Shown here: positions 58,388 to 64,000 of the stretch, piece after piece
How positions within the stretch are numbered: position 1 is the stretch's first letter
Layout of the letters: each line of letters opens with the position of its first letter
NCBI RefSeq assembly: GCF_009914755.1
Contig: NC_060925.1
Direction: 5' to 3' (one strand)
Length of the DNA: 64,000 nt
Source of the DNA: the human T2T-CHM13v2.0 reference genome, Homo sapiens
The notes under the pieces: generated by a model
What the model saw: the letters and a program-made list of their open reading frames with translations, nothing else
What the model was told of the DNA's origin: nothing
The model's database searches: none
Position numbers and translations under genes: made by a program

Positions 58388-59070
58388 TGCTGTGGACTGA
58401 ATGCATGCATTCCCCAAAACTTTATTTGCTGAAGCCCTAATCCCCAATGTAATGGTATTTAGAGGTGGTGCCTTTGGGAGGTGATTAGGTCATAAGGGTG
58501 CATCCCTCATGAATGGGATTAGTGCCCTAAAATACACAAAAGAGATTCTCTCTCTCTCTCTCTCTCCACCATGTGAGGACACAGCAAGAGATCCAGCAAG
58601 AAGCTCAGAACCCATCTGCTGAAGCACAGAAGAGGGGTTCAGGACCCATCTGTTGAAGCTCAGAGAGTGGCTCAGGACCCCATCTGCTGAAGCTTAGAGA
58701 GCGGCTCAGGACCCCATCTTCTGAAGCTCAGAGAGGGGCTCAGGACCCCATCTGCTGAAGCTCAGAGAGGGGCTCAGGATCCCATCTTCTGAAGCTCAGA
58801 AGAGCGGCTCAGGACCCCATCTTCTGAAGCTCAGAAGAGCGGCTCAGGACACCATCTTCTGAAGCTCAGAGAGCGGCTCAGGACCCCATCTGCTGAAGCT
58901 CAGAGAGCGGCTCAGGACCCCATCTTCTGAAGCTCAGAAGAGCGGCTCAGGACCCCATCTGCTGGCACCCTGATTTTGGACTTTCAGTATCCAAAACTGT
59001 GAGAGATACATTTCTGATTTTTAAGCCATCCTGTCTATGGTATTTGTCATAGCAACCCAATCTAACCAAG
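58388..59070 (+). mobile_element. MLT1A-like LTR containing a minisatellite
   Basis: tgctgtggactgaat...ccatgtgaggacacagc [VNTR] ctgctggcaccctgattttggactt...tagcaacccaatctaaccaag. Confidence 0.8.
58621..58963 (+). repeat. Minisatellite of 10 units of 34-35 bp (gaagctcaga(a)gagcggctcaggaccccatct(g/t)ct), plus a partial unit at 58600-58620
   Basis: Units start at 58621, 58655, 58689, 58723, 58757, 58791, 58826, 58861, 58895 and 58929. Confidence 0.95.
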
Positions 59071-61628
59071 AATCTAGTGTATATCTGTGGGCAGGTTCCT
59101 AAACTTATCTTTCGTTTTCTTCAGCTATGGAACGGGGTAAGAATAATAAGAACAACCTCTTAGAGGATTAAATGTGGTAATCTGTGTAATGCACTGAGCA
59201 CCATGTCTGGCACATAGTAAGTGCTCAATCGCTCTGTTGGCCTTTGTTATTACCATTATTATTATCATTAGGTGTGACAGCAGCAGTAGTATCCTGTAGA
59301 AGTGGACCTCTGAAGTTGAGTATTGAAGAGCAGGTCACACCCACAAACACGTATGCACACTCACCTTTACTGGTTAACCTGGTCTGAGGTAACAACATCC
59401 TCTCCAATATCCCCTCTCCATCACCACCACCGACATCTTTAGTCAGAAGCAGGTGGCAGTGATGGACATTGCAGCAGGCCTGAGCTGCCACCATCTTCTC
59501 TCTTCTCTACACACATGGAGCGTTTGCCTCGCTCAGGTCACTCACCCACCTCAGGCCTCAGTTACTTCACTACAAAACCGGAGCAATAATACTATTTAAT
59601 GACCCGAGAGCTGGGCCAGAGAGTCCTTCAACTTCCCCTTCCGTGCCAACGCCTTTGATTCTTTTCTCCAACTGTCATCACCCCCACTCCTTGTAGCCTT
59701 CCTGGACCATATCCCTGAACTGGTCCTACATGACTCATGGCCTGGGTTCCAGGTGGCCTGGAAAGAAGGGGAGGAGCTTCAGATGTGGCCTGAGTTTCCT
59801 CTGCCTCCCCAGAGGCCAAACAGACATCTGTTCCTGTGGCTGTCACGTCAGCACAAAATGTGTGCCAAGGGAACAGCAGGAAGAAGAGTGTGTAAATCGG
59901 CTGGTTTTCTGTGTGTGTTTCAAACTGCCTTGTAGAGGCACAGAGCCATTGTTGGGAGGAGATCCCTGAACGGTTGTTGACCACTGAGGCGCCCACCCTC
60001 CTTCATCAGCTTGCACAGGGGACTGTGAGGCTTAATAAGCTGATTGTCATTTAGATTATCAAGGGTACAATTCTGGGCCCACAGGTCACAGCTCTGCCTG
60101 CTCTGCCTGAGCAAGCCTGAGGAGGCTGGGAAGCTTTATGTTCCACTCTAGAAAAGAAGACATGATTTCCCATCTTTCATAATCAAACCAACTCATACTT
60201 ATTCACAGCTTGGCAGGCTTTCAGCACTGTGTGAGCATCAGTCAACTCTTCATTCGATTCATTCCCTGGCAAGCCTCTGCCATGAGCAAGAGGCAGGTCC
60301 TAAGACATGTTTACTGTGCAGTCTGTGCCTTCTAGAATCGTACAGACTATTAGGGGAGATAAGACAGAGGTGCTGCAAAAAGATTGTGTAAAACAACAGG
60401 TATTGAATGTGGTGAGGGTCAATTGAAAAACAACAGCTCTCTGATGACAATCAGCAGACAAAGAAAAGACTTGTTACATCAGAAGCTTTCCTTACCCACT
60501 TTCCAGCCTGGTGGATGTGGTCTTAGCCTTGGATATGGCAGATGCTTTAGAAAGAGGTCAGGGTTCTGACCACTGAATCAGGGTGAACTGGACAGCTATG
60601 GAGGTGAGAAGAGTGCAGTAGGAGAGAGTAAGGATGATACTCACCGTGTAGGTCTGTGAGCCAGTTCGACTGTTTCTAGCACATTTATAGAAGCAAGGAG
60701 AGCTGGCCTGGTGGGACAGAGCATAAAGATGGGGAAACTGTGAGGCTTTTTGCTCCTCTCTTGTAAGATTTCTGATATTAAAATCAAAACAAATATTCAT
60801 TGCAAACCTATTTATATGTGTCATGCACTGGGTTAGGGACTTTCATTCTGTTATTTAATTTTCTCCTCACCGCAGCCCTTTGGATATGTTTTACAATTCC
60901 TACTTCCCAGATTATTAAATTGAGGCTCAAAGAAGGAAATGATTCATACACTGGTTAAGTGTTGAGCCAGAATATACAGCCAGGTCTTCTAAAACCTGCC
61001 TCCAAATTTCCTCCCCTTGACCATCCTCCACTAGGTGGCCATAGTGAGCCACTTGAAACACCAAATCCCATCATATTGTTCCTTAGCCTACAATCCTGCA
61101 GTGGCTCCTGGTGTTGCCAGGACAAAGTCAAAACCCTGGGTATGGCATACAAGACCTTCTACATCCAGCTAATTACATTTTCAATCTCATATTCCATCTA
61201 ATCCCTGCCTCACTGTCTGCACCCAATGATAAGAAATGCTATCATTTATTGAGCATCTACGATGTGCCAGACACTGTCCCAAGCACTTCACGTGAATTGA
61301 TTTGTTTCCTTCTCATGACAACCCTATGAGGCAGACACTATGATATTCCCCACTTTATGACTGGGGAAACTGATTCACCTAGTGGTTTAGTAATGTGCCC
61401 AAGGTCACATATCTTGCAGAGAGTCTGGGAGTCACACCCAGGCAGTTCAGCTCTTGAAAAGAAATGCTGCTCTCTTTGTGATTTCCACACACAACAAGCT
61501 GTTTCAAGCTTCCATGATTTGATTTATATTCTCCCTTCTACTTGAAATACCATTCCCTTCTTTCTTCCCCTGGATAAAAATCACTTATCTTTCAAGACTT
61601 GGTTTAGGACTTATCTTTTCAAAGTATT

Positions 61629-64000
61629 TCTGTTAGTCCATTTCACATGGCTGTAAAGGAATGCCTGAGGCTGGGTAATATATAAAGAAAAGAGGCATAT
61701 TTTGATTCATGGTTCTGCAGGCTGTATAAGAAGCATGTTACTGGCATCTGCTCCTGGTAAGACCCCAGGAACCTTCCAATCATGGTGGAAAGTAAAGGGG
61801 AAGTCAGTGTATCACATGGCAAGAGAAGGAGCAAGAGAGAGAGGGGAGATAGTGCCAGGCTTTTTTAAACAACCAGGTCTCATGTGAACTCACAGAGTGA
61901 GAACTCACTCATTGCCACAAGGACAGTATCATGCCATTGATGAAGGATCTGCCTTCATGACTGAAACACCTCCCACCAGGCCCACCTTCAACATTATAGG
62001 TCACATTTCACCATGAGATTTGGAGGGGACAGAACATCCAAATCATATCTTTCAGACCCTGGCTCCCTAAATTTCATGGTTTTCTCACATTGCAAAATAC
62101 AACCATCTTTTCCCAATAGTCCCCAAAAGTCTTAGCTCATTCTAGCATCCACTCAATCAAAAGTCCAAAGTCTCATCTGAGACTCAAGGCAGGTTCCTTC
62201 TATTTATGAGTCTGTAAAACCAAAAACAACCTATTTACTTCCAAGATACAATGGTGATACCAGTATTGGGTAAACATTCCACTCTGAAAGGGAGATACCA
62301 GCCAAAAGAAAGGGACAACAGGCACCATGGAGTCTGAAACCCAGCAGGGCAATCCTTACCTCTTAAAGCTCCAAAACAATCTTTGACTCCATGTCCTGCA
62401 TCCTGTGCACATTGATGCAAGAAGTGGGCTCTCAAGGCCTTGGACAGCTCCACCCCTGTGGTTTTACAGGGTGCAGCCCCTGTGGCTGCTCTCACAGGTT
62501 GGAGTTAAGTGTCTGTGGCTTTTTCAGATTCAGGGTGCATGCTGCCAGTGGCTCTCCCATTCATGGGTCTAGAGGACAGCGGCCTCCTTCCCACAGCTCC
62601 ACTAGCCAGTGCCCTAATGCAAACTCTGTGTGGGGGCTCCAATCCCACATTTCCCCTTGGCACTGTCCTAGTAAAGTCTCTCTGTGGGGGTTCTGTCCCT
62701 GTGACAGGCTTCTGCCTGGGCACACAGGCTTTCTAATACATCCTCTGGAATCTAGGCGGGAGCTGGCAAAACTCCTTCATTCTTGCATTTTGCACACCTG
62801 CAGGCTTAACACCATGTGGAAGCTACCAAGTCTTATAGTGACACCCTCCAAAGCAGCAGCCTGAGCTGCATCTTGGCCCCTTTGAGCCAAGGCTGCAGCT
62901 TGAGTGACTAGGATGTGGGGAGCTGTATCCTCAGGCTACACAGAGTAGCAGGGCCCTGCACCTGGTGTCCAAAACCATTCTTTCCTCCTAGGCCTCTTGG
63001 CCTGTGATGGGAGGGCCTGCCTTAAAGATTTCAGAAATGCCTTTGAGACCTTTTTCCCATTGTCTTGGATATTAGCACTTGATTCCCTTTTAGTCATGCT
63101 AATCCCTCTAGCAAGTGCTTGCTCCACAGCCAGCTTGTGTTCCTCTTCTGAAAATGCTCTTTCCTTCTCTACCATCCAGGGTTGTAAGTTTGCAGAAGTT
63201 TTATGCTCTGCTTCCCTTTTAATTATAACTTCTAATTTTAAGTCATTATTTTGTTCTCACATCTGATAATAGGCTGTTAGAAGCAGCCATGTGCATCTTG
63301 AATGCTTTGCTGCTTAGAAATTCTGCCAGATACCCTAGGTCATCAGTCTTAAGTTCAACCTTCCCTAGCTCCTGGGCCCAGACACAATGCAGCCAAGTTC
63401 TTTAAGGCATAACAAGGATGACCTTTGTTCTAATTCTCAATAAATTCCTTATCCCCATGAGACCTCATCAGCCTGGCCTTCACTGGCCATATTTCTATCA
63501 GCATTTTGGTCAAAACCACTTAACAAATCTCTAAGAAGTTCCAAATCCCTCTCATCTTCCTGTCTTCTTCTTAGCCCTCAAGCTCTTCCAACCTCTGCCT
63601 GTTACCCAGTTCCAAAACTGCTTCCACATTTTCAGGTATCTTTATAGCAATGTCCTACTTTTTGGTACCAATTTTTTTGTTAGTCCATTTTCCATTGCTA
63701 TGAAGAAATACCTGAGGCTGGGTAATTCATAAAGAAAAGAGGTGTCTTTTGGCTCACAGTTCTGTAGGCTGTATAAGAAACATGGTGGCAGCAACTGCTC
63801 CTGGTAAGGCCTCGAGAATCTTCCAATCATGGTGGAAGGCAAAGTGGGAGCCAGTGTATCACATGGCAAGAAAGGGAGCAAGATAGAAGGGAGGAGGTGC
63901 CGGGTTCTTTGAAACAACCAGATGTCAGGTAAACTAATAGAATGAGAGCTCACTCATTACTGCAAGGACAGCACCAAGACATTCATGAGGGATCCATTCC
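61629..64000 (-). mobile_element. MSTA/MSTB-like MaLR element: LTR about 61629-62050, internal, second LTR from about 63676 running off the window
   Basis: Two similar antisense LTRs (gttagtccattt...gaggctgggtaat..ataaagaaaagagg) flank an MST-int sequence ending ttggtaccaattt. Confidence 0.88.

Noticed and set aside
58600-58963. Regularly spaced repeats as a CRISPR array
   Set aside because: Contiguous tandem units without unique spacers, in mammalian DNA.
62235-63953. ORFs up to 157 aa
   Set aside because: MST internal and LTR sequence, homologous to the element at 353-2842.

Overview
Primate (probably human) intergenic DNA, densely covered by repeats: Alu, old L1M, MaLR/ERVL LTRs and MIR. 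No intact protein-coding gene is supported, and almost all ORF-track entries are repeat-derived noise. There are three main signals. (1) An exon-by-exon recoverable, disabled Fc-receptor-like scavenger gene (FCRLS; orthologue of mouse Fcrls/Msr2) on the + strand at 12436-22141. It has a split leader including the FCR/FCRL 21-nt mini-exon, two Ig exons, one 8-Cys group-B SRCR exon and a short terminal exon. It carries three nonsense codons and apparently lacks its first two Ig exons. (2) About 7 kb downstream (29082-32407), a second and far more decayed FCRL-type relic with four Ig exons in D2-D3-D4-D5 order, hardly visible in the ORF track. (3) A long inverted duplication at 8440-9249 with 387-bp arms, a 36-bp spacer and about 96% arm identity. 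Synteny with mouse suggests the CD5L-KIRREL1 interval of 1q23.1 (inference, not verified). Comparisons with known proteins and repeat subfamily names come from my recollection of those sequences and need alignment or RepeatMasker confirmation.
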